The notes: generated from the letters alone by a model not told the origin. A DNA stretch of 64,000 bases from Candidatus Oxydemutator sp. (GCA_965203445.1 OZ241883.1:2080001-2144000), one strand, 5' to 3'. Positions 1-12,085 are shown, counted from the stretch's first letter. Program-made: numbers and translations.

Positions 1-353
1 TGTCGCCTCATGTGCGCGATGTTGCGCTCGGTCCATTCCTGCGGCGCGACGCCGCCGGCGCGCGCCGCGTTCTCGGCGGGCAGGCCGAAGGCGTCCCAGC
101 CCATCGGTTGCAGCACGTTCTTGCCGAGCATCCGCTGGTAGCGGCTGATGACGTCGCCTATCGTGTAATTTCTGACGTGGCCCATGTGCAGCCTGCCGCT
201 CGGGTACGGGAACATGGACAGGCAGTAGAATTTCTCCCTGGCGTCGTCGCGCACCGCGCGAAAACAGTCGTTTTCCTCCCAGAACGACTGCGCCTGCCGT
301 TCGATCTGGTGCGGCGCGTAAACGTCCGCCTCAGGACGGTTCGGTGCGGCCAT
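1..353 (-). CDS. leuS: Leucyl-tRNA synthetase, N-terminal part (runs off the window)
   Basis: Manual translation gives [28 protein letters not shown]...[16 protein letters not shown] (HMGH class I signature); ATG at 353. Confidence 0.95.
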   Translation of the reverse strand, partial: MAAPNRPEADVYAPHQIERQAQSFWEENDCFRAVRDDAREKFYCLSMFPYPSGRLHMGHVRNYTIGDVISRYQRMLGKNVLQPMGWDAFGLPAENAARAGGVAPQEWTERNIAHMRR

Positions 354-1788
354 AGGCGTCCTCGAAACGCTCGATGTCATCCTCTCCCAGGTAATCCCCG
401 CATTGCACCTCGATCAGATGCAGAGGTTCGGCGCCGCGATTTTCCAGGCGGTGCTTGACGCCGACCGGTATGCAGACGGATTGATTCGACACAAGCGTCA
501 ACACTTCGTCGCCAAGCGTGACCCGGGCCTCGCCGCGCACGACGACCCAGTGCTCGGAACGGCGACGGTGCGATTGCAGCGAAAGGCGCTGCCCCGGATT
601 GACGATCAGGCGCTTGACCTGAAAACCTTCGTCCCGGTCCACGCGCTCGAAGGAACCCCACGGCCGGTACACCTTCCGGTGCCAATCGCTCTCGGCGCGG
701 CCCGCCTCCCGCAGCCGCGACACCAGCCGTTTGAGCGACTGGCCCGACGCGCGATCCGCGACCAGCACCGCGTCCGGCGTCTCGACGATCACGTGGCCGT
801 GCACGCCGACGGCGGCGACGAGGCGTCCCGAGGCATAGACCACGTTGTCGCGCGCGTCTTGCAGCACGACGTCGCCCGCGGCGGCGTGAACGGAATTCCC
901 GGCGGCGTCGCGGCCGACGATGTCGGCGCATGCCTCCCACGAACCCAGATCGGACCAGCCGGCGGCGACCGGCACGACGACCGCGGCCGCGGTCTTCTCC
1001 ATGACCGCGTAGTCAATCGAGACGTCGGTGCTCGCGGCAAAGTCGGGCGCGCCGGCGCGCTCTATGAGGACGTCGGCGACGTCGTCGCGCCGGCGCGCGC
1101 GCCAAGCCCTGGTGCAGGCCTCGAGCAGCGCCGGCTGATGGCGTCCAAGCTCGGCCAGGTACGCCTTTTCGCCGAACAGAAAAATGCCGCTGTTCCAGTA
1201 GCAATCGTCTCTCGCCGCGTACGCCTGCGCCCGCGAAAGCGGCGGCTTTTCGGTGAACTCGGCGACTTGGTGAACACCATCGCCCGTATCGTCGCCGGCG
1301 ATGATGTAGCCGTAGCCGGTCTCGGCGCGAGTCGGTCGAATGCCGAACGTCACCAGCGCGCCCCGCGCCGCGGCCGCGCGGGCCGCGGCAAGGCGCCCGG
1401 CGAAGGAGCGGGGGCCCTCGTCCTCACCGGCGATATAGTGGTCCGACGGCAGCACCAGCATCGCCCCGCCGCCGTCCTCCGCCAGCGCCAACGCCGCCAG
1501 CGCCGTCGCCGGGGCGGTGTTTCTCGCCGCCGGTTCGACCACGATGCGACAGTCGTCGCCGACGGCGCCGGCCTCGTGCAGCCCCTCCAGCGCGAAGAAG
1601 CGGTGCGCCTCGTTGCAGACGATGATGAACTTCGCGCAACCAAGGCGCCGTGCGCGTTCGAGCGTGCGCACGAACAGGCTGCGCCCGCCGATCAACGGCA
1701 GGTACTGTTTCGGAAAGTGGATCCTAGACAGCGGCCACAGGCGCGTGCCCGAACCGCCGCTCAAAACGACCGCGGTCAGCTCAGACAC
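331..1788 (-). CDS. manC: Mannose-1-phosphate guanylyltransferase / mannose-6-phosphate isomerase
   Basis: [31 protein letters not shown]-terminal cupin RPWG...[13 protein letters not shown]; GTG start inferred. Confidence 0.93.
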   Translation of the reverse strand: MSELTAVVLSGGSGTRLWPLSRIHFPKQYLPLIGGRSLFVRTLERARRLGCAKFIIVCNEAHRFFALEGLHEAGAVGDDCRIVVEPAARNTAPATALAALALAEDGGGAMLVLPSDHYIAGEDEGPRSFAGRLAAARAAAARGALVTFGIRPTRAETGYGYIIAGDDTGDGVHQVAEFTEKPPLSRAQAYAARDDCYWNSGIFLFGEKAYLAELGRHQPALLEACTRAWRARRRDDVADVLIERAGAPDFAASTDVSIDYAVMEKTAAAVVVPVAAGWSDLGSWEACADIVGRDAAGNSVHAAAGDVVLQDARDNVVYASGRLVAAVGVHGHVIVETPDAVLVADRASGQSLKRLVSRLREAGRAESDWHRKVYRPWGSFERVDRDEGFQVKRLIVNPGQRLSLQSHRRRSEHWVVVRGEARVTLGDEVLTLVSNQSVCIPVGVKHRLENRGAEPLHLIEVQCGDYLGEDDIERFEDAYGRTEPS

Positions 1789-3277
1789 GGCCCCGCCGAG
1801 AGCGCGCCGCGCGGCGCAACGCCGGTATCCAACACAGCGACAACGACAGCGACGACCAGCCGAGCACCGGCCAGTCGCGCCAGCGGGCGTACGGCGTGGC
1901 ACCGCCGCGCATACGCACGACGTCCTCGACCACGCCCTGCTCGAAAAGTCCCATGTCTTTCACGATTGCACCTTGGTAGTCTATGATCGCCGAAATACCG
2001 GTGCTGGTCGCGCGCACCATGTAGCGTCCGTTCTCGACGGCGCGCACCCGCGCCATTTGCAGAAGCTGGAACGGCGCCAGCGAATCTCCGAACCAGGAAT
2101 CATTGCTGAAGTTGATCAGATAGTCGGCGCGCGGCGCGGCGTCCGCGACCTCGGCACCGAACGCGACCTCGTAGCAGATCGAGACCCCGGCCTCGTGTGC
2201 TCCGACGCGCATCAGCGGCGGGCCTTGACCGGCGCTGAGATCGGACATTGGAATGATAACAAAGCGGCGGAACAACTCCAACAGAACGCGCAACGGCATG
2301 TACTCGCCGAAAGGCACGAGCCGCCGCTTATGGTAGAAGGAGCCGTCGGAGACGTTCAGCACGCTGTTGTAGGTTTTGCCGGTGGCGGGGTCCTCGTGAA
2401 AAATGCCGGTCAGCAGGTCGCCGCCGGCGGCGTCGAGACGTCGCCGCAGCCGCTGCAGAAACGGTGCCTCGGCGTGCGCCGCGCGGATCGGGAGCGCGGT
2501 TTCCGGCCATATGACGACGTCGCTGCCGAGCACCGGTTCGCTCAACGACGAATACGTCCGGAACAAGCGCCGCAGATAGTCGCGTTCGAACTTCAAGGTC
2601 TGCACGACGTTGGCCTGCACCAGCGCGACCGTCGCCTGTCCCGGGCGCGCCGTCGTCCATTCGTAATCGCGCGCGGCGGCGCCGCTGGCCAGCACCGCCG
2701 CCAGTATCACCGCCGCGTATCCCCTCGTTCGGCCTTTGCAAGACACGGCACACACCGACGCGCCGGCACAGAACGCGGCGAACCAGCTGGCGCCGAATAT
2801 TCCGAACACCGGCAGCGTGCCGCTCCACGGAGAATCCACCAGCGCCTGCCCCAACAAATTCCATGGAAAGCCGCTGAACAGCGTGGCGCGCAGCCATTCG
2901 ACGCCGACCCACGCCGCCGGGAACAACAACAAACACGCCCGCCAGCGGCAGCGGCCTGAGTATTTCGCGACGCCCCACGCAAGCAGCGCGTAATACAACG
3001 CCAGCACCGCGGCCAGAAGCGACACCGCGACAATCGCCAGAGCCGCGTCGGCCTGCCCGAAATCGTGCAGGCTGTAATACAGCCAATAACAGCTGCCGGC
3101 CGAGTACAGCAGACCGAAACAATAGCCTTGCGCAAAGGCCCGCGCCGGCGCCGCGCGCAGCCACAATACGAGCAGCAGCGCGGGCACCGCGAACACCAGC
3201 GGGTACCATGACCACGGCGCGAACGCCGCGACCAGCAACAAACCGGCGGCGGCGGACGCGACGTATCCGATGACCAT
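1781..3277 (-). CDS. lnt: Apolipoprotein N-acyltransferase
   Basis: TM N-terminus, GFPW, WPETA, KRRLVPFGEY, ICYE, NDSWFG. Confidence 0.95.
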   Translation of the reverse strand: MVIGYVASAAAGLLLVAAFAPWSWYPLVFAVPALLLVLWLRAAPARAFAQGYCFGLLYSAGSCYWLYYSLHDFGQADAALAIVAVSLLAAVLALYYALLAWGVAKYSGRCRWRACLLLFPAAWVGVEWLRATLFSGFPWNLLGQALVDSPWSGTLPVFGIFGASWFAAFCAGASVCAVSCKGRTRGYAAVILAAVLASGAAARDYEWTTARPGQATVALVQANVVQTLKFERDYLRRLFRTYSSLSEPVLGSDVVIWPETALPIRAAHAEAPFLQRLRRRLDAAGGDLLTGIFHEDPATGKTYNSVLNVSDGSFYHKRRLVPFGEYMPLRVLLELFRRFVIIPMSDLSAGQGPPLMRVGAHEAGVSICYEVAFGAEVADAAPRADYLINFSNDSWFGDSLAPFQLLQMARVRAVENGRYMVRATSTGISAIIDYQGAIVKDMGLFEQGVVEDVVRMRGGATPYARWRDWPVLGWSSLSLSLCWIPALRRAARSRRGRV

Positions 3278-3299
3278 GCGCGGCGCCCGGGCGGCGCGG

Positions 3300-4154
3300 T
3301 CAGGCCGCGCTTTTGCGCACCGCCAGCAGATGCACGCGCCGGCTGTCGGCGTTGACGACCTCGAACAGGAAGTCGCCGACGGCGACCGCCTCGCCGCGTT
3401 CCGGCACGTGGCCCAGCGCCTCGATGACGACGCCGCCGACCGTGTCGACGTCGCCGCGCCTAAGGTCGCACTCGAAATAGCGATTGAAAAACGTGAGCGG
3501 CGTCAGCGCCTTGACGGAATAGCAGCCGTGCCCCCGGTCATAGATGTATTCGCTCTCGGTGACGTCGTGCTCGTCGCTGATGTCGCCGACAATCTGCTCG
3601 AGCACGTCCTCGATCGTGACCAGGCCCGCGGTGCCGCCGTACTCGTCCACCACGATCGCCATGTGACTGCGGTTTTTACGGAACTCGTCGAGCAACACGT
3701 CGAGACGCTTGCTCTCCGGCACCATCGTCTGCGGACGAATGCAGTCGGCGAAGCCTTCGGCGCTCTCGCCAGGGCCTAGGCAACGCAGCAGGTCTTTCGC
3801 CAGCAGCACGCCGCGCACGTCGTCCAGGTCGTCGCCGGTAACCGGAAAACGCGAATGGCCGCTGTCCATCACGATTTTCAGAATCTGCCTGAGCTCCATG
3901 TCATAGGATACGACGGTCATCTGCGAGCGCGGCACCATGATGTCGTTGACGCGCAGATCGGCGACGTGGCCCAGGCCTTCCATCATCGCCAGCGTGTCGG
4001 CGCCGCGCAGGCCGTTGCGCCGGCAGTTCTCGAGCAGGCGGCTGATGCGGCGAACGTCGCCCGGATGCTCGACCCACAGCATCCGCAGGCGTTCGCAAAG
4101 ACGCGCCAGAAAAAGGGGGCGCCCGCCGGCGTCGGGATTTTCGGCGCGGTTCAC
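3300..4154 (-). CDS. corC: CBS/CorC-HlyC domain Mg/Co homeostasis protein
   Basis: DIMVPRSQM, SGHSRFPV, VVDEYGG...TIEDVLEQIVG; lies between ybeY and lnt; start approximate. Confidence 0.9.
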   Translation of the reverse strand: MNRAENPDAGGRPLFLARLCERLRMLWVEHPGDVRRISRLLENCRRNGLRGADTLAMMEGLGHVADLRVNDIMVPRSQMTVVSYDMELRQILKIVMDSGHSRFPVTGDDLDDVRGVLLAKDLLRCLGPGESAEGFADCIRPQTMVPESKRLDVLLDEFRKNRSHMAIVVDEYGGTAGLVTIEDVLEQIVGDISDEHDVTESEYIYDRGHGCYSVKALTPLTFFNRYFECDLRRGDVDTVGGVVIEALGHVPERGEAVAVGDFLFEVVNADSRRVHLLAVRKSAA

Positions 4155-4612
4155 GACGCGTCTCGCCACGGGTCGGCGAAGCCTAGGCACCGCAGGACGT
4201 CGCTCTCGCGGGCTTCCATGCGCGCCGCGGCCGCGGCGTCGTCATGGCGGTAGCCCCGCAAATGCAGTAGCCCGTGCACGAACAAGTGTGCCCAGTGATT
4301 CTTGAGCGGCCGCTTGCGGCGTCGCGCCTCGCGCGCAACCAGCGGCGCCGCGAGCACGACGTCGCCCAGGTAGTTCGGATCCACCGGCACCGGCGCCGGT
4401 GTCGCGTCGAACGGAAACGACAGCACGTCGGTCGCGCGGGCGCGGCCACGGTAGCGCAGGTTCAACTCCGCGGACTCCCGTTCATCCACTATGCGCACGC
4501 ACACGCGCGCGTCGCCGGCGACCGCCGCGCCCCAGGCGCGAAACTCGCGCACCAAAGGCAGCCCCGCGGGTCGCGGCCGCACGACCACTTGCACGACGAC
4601 TCCCACCGTCAA
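4151..4612 (-). CDS. ybeY: rRNA maturation endoribonuclease YbeY
   Basis: TDVLSF and HGLLHLRGYRH motif. Confidence 0.93.
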   Translation of the reverse strand: MTVGVVVQVVVRPRPAGLPLVREFRAWGAAVAGDARVCVRIVDERESAELNLRYRGRARATDVLSFPFDATPAPVPVDPNYLGDVVLAAPLVAREARRRKRPLKNHWAHLFVHGLLHLRGYRHDDAAAAARMEARESDVLRCLGFADPWRDAS

Positions 4613-5631
4613 TCGTCGGGCGCGGTGTCCGCCGCGCGCGTGCGCGTGGCGGCGCCTTCGTAGGCGTCGATGATCCTGCGCACCAACGGGTGGCGAATGA
4701 CGTCGCCGGAGTCGAAGAAGCTGAAGCCGATGCCGGCGACCGGGCGCAGTATCGCCAGCGCGTCGCGCAGGCCCGACTCCCTGCCGTGCGGCAGATCCAC
4801 CTGGGTCACGTCGCCGGTGACCACCGCTTTCGAGCTGAAGCCAATGCGCGTCAGAAACATCCTCATCTGCTCGACCGTCGTGTTCTGCGCCTCGTCGAGA
4901 ATAATAAAGGCGCCGTTCAGCGAACGCCCGCGCATGTAGGCGAGCGGCGCCACCTCGATGACGCCGCGCTCGATCAGGCGGTGCACCCGGTCGAAGCCGA
5001 TCATCTCGTAGAGCGCGTCGTAGATCGGGCGCAAGTACGGGTCTATCTTCTGCGAGAAATCACCGGGCAAGAAGCCGAGCCGCTCGCCGGCCTCGACCGC
5101 CGGGCGGATCAGCACCAGTTTTTCCGTCTGTTCGCGCTCGAGTATCTCGACGCCCTTGGCCACGGCAAGGTAGGTCTTGCCGGTACCGGCGGGGCCGATG
5201 GCCAAGGTCAGATCGTGCGCCGTCATGTTGCTCAGATAGCGCGCCTGGTTGCGCCCTTTCACGCGGATGACCTTGTTGCGCAGGCGCACGTAGCCGCCGG
5301 CATCGTGATCATCGGAGCCGGCCGCGAGCGAATTGGGTTGCAGGCTTTTGTGCACGTCGTCTAGCGTCAGCTCGCCGTCGGCCTCGGCATACAACGATTG
5401 CAGCAGGTTCGCGGCGGCGCGTTTGGCGCGTGCGCCGCCGTTCACCGAGAAACGATTGCCCTGCTGCGTGATGCGCACCCCGAGATGGCGCTCGAGCTCG
5501 CGGATGTGGCGGTTGAACGGCCCGCACAAATTGGCGAGGCGCGACGGATGGGCGGGTTCGAGCACCACCAGCTCGGCGCTTAGCGGCGCCGTTTTCAAGG
5601 CCGACGCGACCCGCGCCCGGCGATGGGGCAA
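4609..5631 (-). CDS. ybeZ: PhoH-like ATPase
   Basis: GPAGTGKT, RPAVEAGERLGFLPGD, YMRGRSL, DEAQN. Confidence 0.93.
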   Translation of the reverse strand: MPHRRARVASALKTAPLSAELVVLEPAHPSRLANLCGPFNRHIRELERHLGVRITQQGNRFSVNGGARAKRAAANLLQSLYAEADGELTLDDVHKSLQPNSLAAGSDDHDAGGYVRLRNKVIRVKGRNQARYLSNMTAHDLTLAIGPAGTGKTYLAVAKGVEILEREQTEKLVLIRPAVEAGERLGFLPGDFSQKIDPYLRPIYDALYEMIGFDRVHRLIERGVIEVAPLAYMRGRSLNGAFIILDEAQNTTVEQMRMFLTRIGFSSKAVVTGDVTQVDLPHGRESGLRDALAILRPVAGIGFSFFDSGDVIRHPLVRRIIDAYEGAATRTRAADTAPDD

Positions 5632-5641
5632 TCCGTCGGCG

Positions 5642-6979
5642 TCATCGAACCAGCCGTCCGCGCAGCGAATTCGGCAGCGCCTCGGTGATCTCGACGTCCG
5701 CGAACTCGCCGATCAGAGCGCGCTCGCCGTCGAAGTTGACGACGCGGTTGTTGCCGGTGCGCCCGCACAACTGCCCGTGTCCTTTCTTCGAGACGGCGCA
5801 TACGAGCACGTTCTCGACGCCGCCGACCATGGACTCGGACACGGCGCTCGCCATCTCGGCGACGCGCCGCTGCAAGAGCGCGAGACGGCGTTTCTTGACC
5901 GCGCGCGGAGTGTCGTCCGGCAGCGCCGCGGCCGGCGTGCCGGGGCGCGGGCTGTAGAGAAAGCTGAACGACTGATCGTAGCCGAGGTCCTCGATCAAGG
6001 CCATGGTGCGCGCGAAATCGTCGTCGCTCTCGCCCGGGAAACCGACGATGAAATCGGACGACAGCGACAGGCGCGGGCGCGCTTTTCTGAGCTTGCGCAC
6101 GATGGATTTGTATTCGAGCACCGTGTAGCCGCGTTTCATCGCCGCGAGCACGCGGTCGGAACCGCTTTGCACCGGCAGGTGCAGATGGTCGGCGAGTTGC
6201 GGCAGCTCGGTATAGGCCGCGATCAGTTCGTCGCTGAACTCGATGGGATGCGACGTCGTGTAGCGGATGCGGTCTATGCCGTCGATCGCGGCGACGTGAT
6301 GCAGCAGCAACGAGAAATCCACGAAACCGCGGCCTTCCTCGGCGTTTTCCCAATAGCGATAGCCGTTGACGTTCTGCCCCAGCAAGGTCACCTCGCGCAC
6401 GCCCTGGGCCGCGAGCGCGGCGATCTCCTCGAGCACGCCCGGCAACGCTCTGCTGCGCTCTTCGCCGCGCGTGTACGGGACGACGCAAAACGTGCAGTAT
6501 TTGCTGCACCCCTCCATGATCGAGACGAAAGCGCTGGGGCCGTCGGCGCGCGCCTCCGGCAGGCGGTCGAATTTCTCCATCTCGGGGAAGCGCACGTCCA
6601 CTTGCGGCGCGCGCTGCCGCGCGACGCCGTCGAACATCGCCGGCAGGCGGTGGATCGTCTGCGGCCCGAACACGATGTCCACGTACGGCGCGCGCTCTCG
6701 AATCGCCGCGCCCTCCTGGCTTGCAACGCAGCCGCCGACACCGATGGTGACTTCTTTATTGCGCTTTTTCAACGCCTTCCAGCGCCCAAGTTCGGAGAAA
6801 ACCTTGGCCTGGGCCTTGTCGCGCACCGAGCAGGTGTTGATCAACAACAGGTCGGCTTCCTCCGGGTTTTGCGTGGGCCTCATCCCGTGCGAGGCTTCGA
6901 GCAGATCGAGGATCTTGCCGGAGTCGTACTCGTTCATCTGACAACCGTAGGTCTTCAGGAAAACTTTGGGAGCGTTCAT
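5642..6979 (-). CDS. miaB: tRNA i6A37 methylthiotransferase
   Basis: [19 protein letters not shown] radical-SAM motif, TRAM domain. Confidence 0.96.
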   Translation of the reverse strand: MNAPKVFLKTYGCQMNEYDSGKILDLLEASHGMRPTQNPEEADLLLINTCSVRDKAQAKVFSELGRWKALKKRNKEVTIGVGGCVASQEGAAIRERAPYVDIVFGPQTIHRLPAMFDGVARQRAPQVDVRFPEMEKFDRLPEARADGPSAFVSIMEGCSKYCTFCVVPYTRGEERSRALPGVLEEIAALAAQGVREVTLLGQNVNGYRYWENAEEGRGFVDFSLLLHHVAAIDGIDRIRYTTSHPIEFSDELIAAYTELPQLADHLHLPVQSGSDRVLAAMKRGYTVLEYKSIVRKLRKARPRLSLSSDFIVGFPGESDDDFARTMALIEDLGYDQSFSFLYSPRPGTPAAALPDDTPRAVKKRRLALLQRRVAEMASAVSESMVGGVENVLVCAVSKKGHGQLCGRTGNNRVVNFDGERALIGEFADVEITEALPNSLRGRLVR

Positions 6980-8868
6980 CGCGATTGTCCGGCGCCGCTC
7001 GGCGGCTTGTCGCAACGGTAGGAGGGAACCGCCTGCGCCAACAAACGACGCAGCCGACCGGCGTCCCTCTCGCGCAACGCCTGCTCGAACTCCCGCAACG
7101 TGGACTCCAGCTGCCGCGGTTGCGGGCACGGCTCCCTGGCGCGCATGATTTTCGGATGCAAAGTGGTCTCGGCGCCGCTGCTCAACAATTCCTCGCGCAG
7201 CTTCTCTCCCGGGCGCAGGCCGGTATAGCGAATTGGGATGTCCCCCGGTTCATCATCGTTTTCTCGCGCTCGCAAGCCGCTCAAATATATCATTTTACGG
7301 GCGACTTCGGCAATTTTCACCGGCTTGCCCATGTCGAGCACGAATATATCGCCGCTGTCGGCCAACATACCAGCCTGGATGACCAATTCCGCGGCCTCGC
7401 GCACCGTCATGAAGTAACGCTCGGCCTCGGGGTGGGTCACGGTCACCGCCAAGCGGCGGTCTATCTGTTCGCGGAACAATGGAATAGCCGAACCCGACGA
7501 CCCCAGCACGTTGCCGAAACGCACGATCGAGAAACAAGTGGCACCCGGCTCCAAGGCCATCGTCTGCAACACCATCTCGGCAAGCCTCTTGCTGGCACCC
7601 ATGATGCCGGCGGGGCGCACCGCCTTGTCGGTCGAAATCAGCACAAAGCGTCCCACCGCGGCGGCGCGCGCGGCCGCGGCCACGGTACGCGTGCCGAACA
7701 CGTTGTTGCCGACGCCGGCGATGACGTTGTCCTCGACTATCGAAACGTGTTTATAGGCGGCCGCGTGATAGACGACGTCCACCGGCCACGCGGCGAACAA
7801 ATCGGCGACAAAGGCCGCGTCTTCGACCGAGCCGAGCAGCGCCACGACGTCGGTCGTGCCGGCGACGGACGTCTCGCCCAGGCGCTTGCCGATCTCGAAC
7901 AGCGCGTACTCTGACTGCTCGACCAAAATCAGCCGTCCGGCCCCCAACGCCAACATCTGCTCGCACAGCTGCGAGCCGATCGAACCGCCGGCGCCGGTCA
8001 CCACGATACAGCGGCCGCGAACGCCCTCCTCGAGCAGCGCGCGATCGGGCGCCACCGGTTCGCGCCCCAGCAAATCCTCGATCTCGATCCGGTGCAGACG
8101 CCCGGGATCGACCCGCCCCTGCACCCATTCCCTCATCGGCGGCAACGCCTTCGTCCGCAGCGGATAGTTGCTCAGGAAATCGAGTACGCGCAAGCGCTGG
8201 CCGGCGTCGTCGGAAAACGCGGTGACCAGCACCTCCTCGACGTCGCCGCGCTCGACCAGCCGCGCGAGCGCATCCGGCGCATGCACCGGCAGCCCGGCGA
8301 CCTCGCGCCCCCACAAGTCGTCGTTTTCATCCAGGAAAAAGCGCGGGCGGTAGCCCGAATCCGAGTTCATCAACATCAGCGCAAGCTGCATGCCCTCGGT
8401 GCCGGCGCCGTAGATCGCGACCGGCGTCTCAGGCCAGGGTTTTTGCGGTTGTCGCTGTGAGCGCGCCAGGAACAAACGGTACATGACCAGGCGACTGCCG
8501 ACGATCAGCGTGAAAAAGATAAACCCGTATATCAGTATCGCCGAACGCGGCATGCCGGGGATCGCGAGCAGCAGCGCGGCGATTCCCCACAGCGCGACGG
8601 CCAGCGAGACCGTGACCGCGACCGTGCCGATAGCCTCGAGCGCAAAGCGCCTGATGACGGCGCGGTATAGGCCCAGGCGCACAAACACCGGGATCGCGGC
8701 CAACGGCGCCGCGACGAACAACGGCCACCATTTGGCCGCCAACGGCACCCACTGTTCGAGGCGCAGCGACAGCGCGACCCACAGCGAAAAGACGCTGATG
8801 ATCGAGTCCGCCGCCACCAGCACCGCGCGTTTGGCGGGGCGCGGCAGGCGCGCGAGCCACGTCAGCAT
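6976..8868 (-). CDS. Nucleoside-diphosphate sugar 4,6-dehydratase (CapD/WbpM/PglF family)
   Basis: N-terminal TMs, [49 protein letters not shown]. Confidence 0.92.
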   Translation of the reverse strand: MLTWLARLPRPAKRAVLVAADSIISVFSLWVALSLRLEQWVPLAAKWWPLFVAAPLAAIPVFVRLGLYRAVIRRFALEAIGTVAVTVSLAVALWGIAALLLAIPGMPRSAILIYGFIFFTLIVGSRLVMYRLFLARSQRQPQKPWPETPVAIYGAGTEGMQLALMLMNSDSGYRPRFFLDENDDLWGREVAGLPVHAPDALARLVERGDVEEVLVTAFSDDAGQRLRVLDFLSNYPLRTKALPPMREWVQGRVDPGRLHRIEIEDLLGREPVAPDRALLEEGVRGRCIVVTGAGGSIGSQLCEQMLALGAGRLILVEQSEYALFEIGKRLGETSVAGTTDVVALLGSVEDAAFVADLFAAWPVDVVYHAAAYKHVSIVEDNVIAGVGNNVFGTRTVAAAARAAAVGRFVLISTDKAVRPAGIMGASKRLAEMVLQTMALEPGATCFSIVRFGNVLGSSGSAIPLFREQIDRRLAVTVTHPEAERYFMTVREAAELVIQAGMLADSGDIFVLDMGKPVKIAEVARKMIYLSGLRARENDDEPGDIPIRYTGLRPGEKLREELLSSGAETTLHPKIMRAREPCPQPRQLESTLREFEQALRERDAGRLRRLLAQAVPSYRCDKPPSGAGQSR

Positions 8869-8887
8869 CGGCGTCCTCCGCGCAAGC

Positions 8888-9949
8888 TCATTCGCCGCCG
8901 CCGGCGCCGGCGTACAGCGCGACGCCGGCCAGCGGCAACAACGCCAGCGCGGCGCACGCCGCCCCCCATTCGGGACGCAGCGCCGCGAGCAGCGCCAGCG
9001 GCGCCAGCCAGAAAACGTTGACCGCACCGACGCCGAGCGCGACGACCGCGTGTGCGCGCCCGCGCCGCGCACCGTCCGCGCCGCCGTAGCGTCGCTGCAA
9101 CGCGCGCGCAAAACGCTGATAAGCATGATCGCGATGCGCCTTGTAGAACTTCTTGCGGCGCCATACGCGGCGCAACAGAGTCACGGTCGCGTCGCAAAAA
9201 AACACGCCGAACAAAATCATCCAGACCCAGACGTTCACGTCGTCGTCCATCGAGGTGCGGATCGCAAACAAACCAAGGCAAAAACCGAGAAAACCGCTGG
9301 CGGTGTCGCCCATGAACACCTTCGCCGGCGGCCAGTTCCAGACCAGAAAGCCGGCGGTCGCCGCGGCCAGCATCATCAGCGACGCGACGGCGTAATGCCC
9401 CGGCGAGACCAGCGTCAAAATCACGCCCGCGCCGAGCGCGATGGTAATCGCCTCGACGCCGGCGATGGCATCGGTGCCGTCCATGAAGTTGAACAAGTTC
9501 AGCACCCATATCAGCAACACGCCTTCCAACAGGTAGAGAGCGCCGCTCCCCGGCGCTATCACAAACGAACCGAAGGCCAGCGGCGGCGTGCCCAACCACA
9601 GACAGCAGGCCACGACCGCCGCCAGCGTGAGAACGAAGCGCGCCAGCGGGCGCAATTCAAGCACGTCGTCGGCGAGGCCGACGGCGGCGATCCAGGCGCC
9701 GCCCACGAGCAGCGCCCAGTAGAGGCGTTCATCGAAGCCGGCGCGTTGCCCGAGCAACGTGATCGCCGCGAGAAACACGATGACGGCGGCCAGGCCGCCG
9801 CCGCGCGGCACCGGCCGCGCATGCGAGCTTCTGGGGTTCGGAACGTCCAATATACGCCGCGATTCCAGCTCTCGCGTCAGCAGCCCGGTCAAGCCGGCGC
9901 TGGCGGCAAAGACCGCGGCGAGAACGAGGTAATCCGAGGCGGCGGTCAC
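8888..9949 (-). CDS. Polyprenyl-phosphate GlcNAc/FucNAc-1-P transferase (WbpL/WecA, MraY-like)
   Basis: DVPNPRSSH..PRGGG, NLFNFMDG, FMGD, HRDHAYQ. Confidence 0.9.
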   Translation of the reverse strand: MTAASDYLVLAAVFAASAGLTGLLTRELESRRILDVPNPRSSHARPVPRGGGLAAVIVFLAAITLLGQRAGFDERLYWALLVGGAWIAAVGLADDVLELRPLARFVLTLAAVVACCLWLGTPPLAFGSFVIAPGSGALYLLEGVLLIWVLNLFNFMDGTDAIAGVEAITIALGAGVILTLVSPGHYAVASLMMLAAATAGFLVWNWPPAKVFMGDTASGFLGFCLGLFAIRTSMDDDVNVWVWMILFGVFFCDATVTLLRRVWRRKKFYKAHRDHAYQRFARALQRRYGGADGARRGRAHAVVALGVGAVNVFWLAPLALLAALRPEWGAACAALALLPLAGVALYAGAGGGE

Positions 9950-9974
9950 GTGCCTTCTCCGTGGGTGGTGCTCA

Positions 9975-10958
9975 TCACCGGCCGCGGACGGCGCCGATCT
10001 TTTGCTGCCAGCGCCACGCGCTGGCGATGATAGCGTCGAGCTCGTCGTGGCGCGGCGTCCAGCCGAGCACCTTCCGGATCTCACCGTTGTCGGCGATCAA
10101 CGCCGCGGGATCGCCGGCGCGACGCGGCGACGGCGTTACCGCAAAGTCCACGCCGGTCACTTTTTTCGCGGCGGCGAGCACCTCGGCCACACTGTAGCCG
10201 TGCCCGTAACCGCAGTTCAGGACCCGCGATTCGCCGCCGCGCGCAAGGTAGTCGAGCGCGCACAAATGGGCTTCGGCTACGTCGAGCACGTGGACGTAGT
10301 CGCGCACGCAGGTGCCGTCGGCGGTGTCGTAATCGGTGCCAAACAACCTGATTTCCGGCAACAGTCCCGCGGCCGCGCGACAGGCGACCGTTATCAGGTG
10401 TCCGGCCTCCCGGGAATACTGACCGATACGCGCCTCGTGATCGGCGCCGGCGACGTTGAAATAACGCAGACTCACGCTGTTGAAGCCGGCGGCACGGGAA
10501 ACGTCGGCGACCATCATCTCGCAGGCCAGTTTCGACGCGCCGTACGGATTGATCGGACGCAGCGCAGCGTCCTCGCGCACCGGCAGCGACGACGGCGCGC
10601 CATAGACCGCGGCCGTCGAGGAAAACACAAAGTGGCGTATGCCGCTCCTGCGACAGCAGTCGAGCAGGTGCAGCGTCGCGACCGCGTTGTTCTTGTAGTA
10701 GGCATGCGGGTCGCGCACCGACTCGGGCACCGACACCGAGGCCGCGAAATGCATGACGGCGTCGAAGGAACGGCGCGCGAAAATCCGCTCCAAACCATCA
10801 CCGCCGACGTCGGCGATCTCCAGATCCCCGGCGAGGAGCGCCTCGCGCACGCCGCTCGACAGGTCGTCGCAAACGACGATCCGATGGCCGGCATCGGCAA
10901 GCATCAGCACGGCGTGGCTGCCAATATAGCCGGCGCCGCCGGTCACCAGAACGTTCAC
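9975..10958 (-). CDS. galE: UDP-glucose 4-epimerase
   Basis: VTGGAGYIGSH, FSSTAAVYG, YGASK, LRYFNVAGA, RDYVHV. Confidence 0.93.
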   Translation of the reverse strand: MNVLVTGGAGYIGSHAVLMLADAGHRIVVCDDLSSGVREALLAGDLEIADVGGDGLERIFARRSFDAVMHFAASVSVPESVRDPHAYYKNNAVATLHLLDCCRRSGIRHFVFSSTAAVYGAPSSLPVREDAALRPINPYGASKLACEMMVADVSRAAGFNSVSLRYFNVAGADHEARIGQYSREAGHLITVACRAAAGLLPEIRLFGTDYDTADGTCVRDYVHVLDVAEAHLCALDYLARGGESRVLNCGYGHGYSVAEVLAAAKKVTGVDFAVTPSPRRAGDPAALIADNGEIRKVLGWTPRHDELDAIIASAWRWQQKIGAVRGR

Positions 10959-12085
10959 GCCGCACGCTCCAGCGAAGCGCGGTAGACGCGTTGCAGGAGG
11001 TCGCACATGTGCTCGCGCGTGAACAGAGCGTCGAAACGGCGGCGCCCGCGCTCCCCGAAGCGCCGCGCCAGTCCGGGATTGCGCGCCAAAACGTTGATCG
11101 CGCGCGCCAACGCCACCGGGTCGCGCGGCGCGACGTTCAAGCCGCTGACGCGGTCGGCGTTGACCCAGGAGACGCCGGAACCAGGCAGCCGCGTCGCCAC
11201 CACCGGCTTGCCCAGGCGCATTGCCTCGACCTGGACGATGCCGAAGGCCTCCGACGGCAGTACCGAAGGCAGGCAGAACACGTCGCACGCCTGGTAGCAG
11301 ACGTGCGCCTCGTCGTCGTCGAGAGGCCCCAGCAGAAAAACCTTGCGCGTCAACCCGTGGCGCGCGATCAATCTGTGCAGGCGGCGGCGGTACGGGCCGT
11401 CGCCGCCGATCAAAATTTTGAGCGATCCGTCGAGGTGCGCGCCCGCCTCTACCAGATACTCGAACCCCTTGTAATAGACGAGCCGCCCCAGCGCGAACAC
11501 CAGAACGGCATCCGCGTAGCGCGCGCGGAACGCGGCGACGCGCGCCGCGTCGCCGCGTGGCGCACGCCGCTCTATCCCGATCGGAACGACGGACACTTTG
11601 TCACGGACGACTTCGAGATGCCGCGAGCGCGCGTATGCCGGCGAACTGACGATGACCGCAAAAGCACGGCGCAACAGCCACCGCTGCAACGGTAGAAACA
11701 GCCGCAACGCCACCTTCTGGCGCACGACGTCGCTGTGCCAGTGCACCACGATCGCGGCCCGCACCCGCCGGCGCAGCAGAAACAACGCAAGCGTCGCCGC
11801 CGGGTCGGGGTGGTGCAACGCGATCACGTCGTAATTCGCGGCGATTCTCCAAAAACGCACGAACAGCCCGGGCGACAGCGGCATCGAAAAAAGATGGCCG
11901 AAAAACCCGGCGCGATATATCGTGCCGTTGCGCGCCGCCTCTCGCAGCGAGGCCGTCCCCCTGTTGCAGCACAGAACGTCGCAACGGACGCCGCGCGCGG
12001 CCAGGCCCTCGCGGACGTTGTATATCGCGCACTCGATACCTCCTCGCGACGGCGGATAAAACCGCCCGAACTGCAAAACTCGCAT
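10955..12085 (-). CDS. GT-B glycosyltransferase family 4
   Basis: GRLVYYKG and EAFGIVQVEAM (EX7E). Confidence 0.9.
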   Translation of the reverse strand: MRVLQFGRFYPPSRGGIECAIYNVREGLAARGVRCDVLCCNRGTASLREAARNGTIYRAGFFGHLFSMPLSPGLFVRFWRIAANYDVIALHHPDPAATLALFLLRRRVRAAIVVHWHSDVVRQKVALRLFLPLQRWLLRRAFAVIVSSPAYARSRHLEVVRDKVSVVPIGIERRAPRGDAARVAAFRARYADAVLVFALGRLVYYKGFEYLVEAGAHLDGSLKILIGGDGPYRRRLHRLIARHGLTRKVFLLGPLDDDEAHVCYQACDVFCLPSVLPSEAFGIVQVEAMRLGKPVVATRLPGSGVSWVNADRVSGLNVAPRDPVALARAINVLARNPGLARRFGERGRRRFDALFTREHMCDLLQRVYRASLERAA